A stretch of DNA of 64,000 bases. Origin: Hydrolagus colliei (taxonomy: Eukaryota). Shown here piece by piece: positions 62,765 to 64,000 of this stretch. Position 1 is the stretch's first letter. Every line of letters starts with the position of its first letter. Under the pieces are notes generated by a model that saw nothing but the letters and a program-made list of their open reading frames with translations, made no database searches and was not told the DNA's origin. Location: NCBI GenBank assembly GCA_035084275.1, contig CM068748.1, positions 4,464,001 through 4,528,000 of the forward strand, given 5' to 3'. Position numbers and translations under genes: made by a program.

Positions 62765-62962
62765 GAAAAGGTGGTGGAGGCTGATTCGATAATAGCTTTT
62801 AAAAGATAATTAAGTCTTTATTTAGGAAGACCAGGTCTGTTAGGTTATGGGGAGAGAGCTGGACAGTGGGATTGAGTTGCTCTTTTCAAAGAGCCAGCAC
62901 TGACTAGATAGGCCGAATGGCCTCCTTTTGTGCCGTAAAATTCGACGATTCTATGATTCTAT
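62765..62962 (+). mobile_element. CR1 LINE 3' end
   Basis: gtggtggaggc...ggccgaatggcctcctt followed by the CR1-type terminal gattctatgattcta. Confidence 0.88.
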
Positions 62963-64000
62963 ACAAAGCAGACCTCATAAATGACCACAACTGAACTATG
63001 CCACAAGTCTCAGTTCTGTGGAACTAAATTAGTACTGTACTCAGAAAGGTGGTGAACTCGGGTATTTCCAGTTATCGGGCTGAAGTTGAGGGGGGAGAGG
63101 GAGAGAGAGGAATAGCTTTTAGCAGCATATTACAAGACTGAACAAATTCCACTCGCAAATCACCAAAGGGTGAGTTACTCTTCAGCTTTTGCAAGATAAA
63201 ATACAATACATCCAACGAGCCAGCTTGCAAGTAACAACTGTTTTTCCATCTATCTCCAACCCTTCATCATTTTCCCCCCTTCTGCCTTCCTGGTGTTTGT
63301 AATCCTTTGTGACTGGTTGCAGCTATCCTACAGACCACTGCTTACCTCTTCATCAATACAAAGATGTACTTTATTCTCTTAGGAATTCTTTTCACTGGTT
63401 AAAGATCAATTAACAGTTTTTAGAAAGTGAGAATTCTATGTTAGCAAGTTCAAGAAAAGTCTGACTTTCCCACTGGTGAATAACGTCTAAACCATTTATC
63501 GAGCACTGTCCACTACCATGTGTTATCCATCATCTAATAGGCGAAAGAGTGAGAACTACATTAATTGTTTCAATTGTCAGAATGTAGATTTTGCAGAATT
63601 AGAGCGGTTTGGAATTTCAGCCAAGGAAGGAAGTTGAACTCACCTCAATTTGGAGTGATTTAAAAATGTCTCAAGAGTCTCAAGTGAAATTAATTTCATT
63701 AAAATCTGTTTATTCCTGGATGAATATAATTTCAGATAAAATTTGTAAAGAACTTTCTGAGGCCTGAGATTGGTTTTATTGTTGAGAGCAATGATGGAGG
63801 GGGAGAAAAGTCCACAGTGCAGTTATACTGGCCAGCAACAAATCAGACCTTTAGTGCATAATGTCAACTGGGACAAAGTAGAACCAATCCTGTTCTCCAG
63901 CTCAATATATCCTCAGCCCGGGAACATGATATCCCGCCCACTCAGTCTTTGTTACAAGGCAGCTGAATCTTAGCTGCAAATTGTTCTTACATTTTACACA

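Noticed and set aside
26-63973. The short ORFs in the supplied six-frame track
   Set aside because: None resembles a known host protein. They are random ORFs, off-frame or antisense readings of TEs (e.g. 25343, 32343, 34760), or microsatellite translations.
1-64000. CRISPR arrays, operons, rRNA or other prokaryote-type systems
   Set aside because: No regularly spaced direct repeats and negligible coding density; the sequence is vertebrate intronic DNA.

Overview
AT-rich, almost entirely non-coding vertebrate genomic DNA with three N-gaps. The repeat repertoire (tRNA-derived SINEs with (TTA)n tails, L2 LINE 3' ends with (TTG)n tails, CR1 fragments, DeuSINEs) suggests a cartilaginous fish, probably a chimaera such as Callorhinchus (inference). 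The only coding sequence I can confidently recognise is a 140-nt exon at 33424-33563 (+), missed by the ORF track. It encodes the N-terminus of O6-methylguanine-DNA methyltransferase (MGMT), with three Zn ligands and the phase-2 exon end conserved. The window is therefore most likely MGMT intron 1, the first coding exon, and part of intron 2. In vertebrates MGMT is the bystander gene of the EBF3 regulatory block, and several repeat-free blocks look like conserved enhancers (not verifiable here). Best leads: two small exon candidates in intron 2 that keep the MGMT frame, an inverted young L2 pair bracketing the start-codon exon, upstream mini/micro-exon candidates, an LF-SINE-like element, and two near-perfect hairpins. 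I found no prokaryote-type features and no demonstrably novel multi-gene system. All family assignments are from recall, not database searches.
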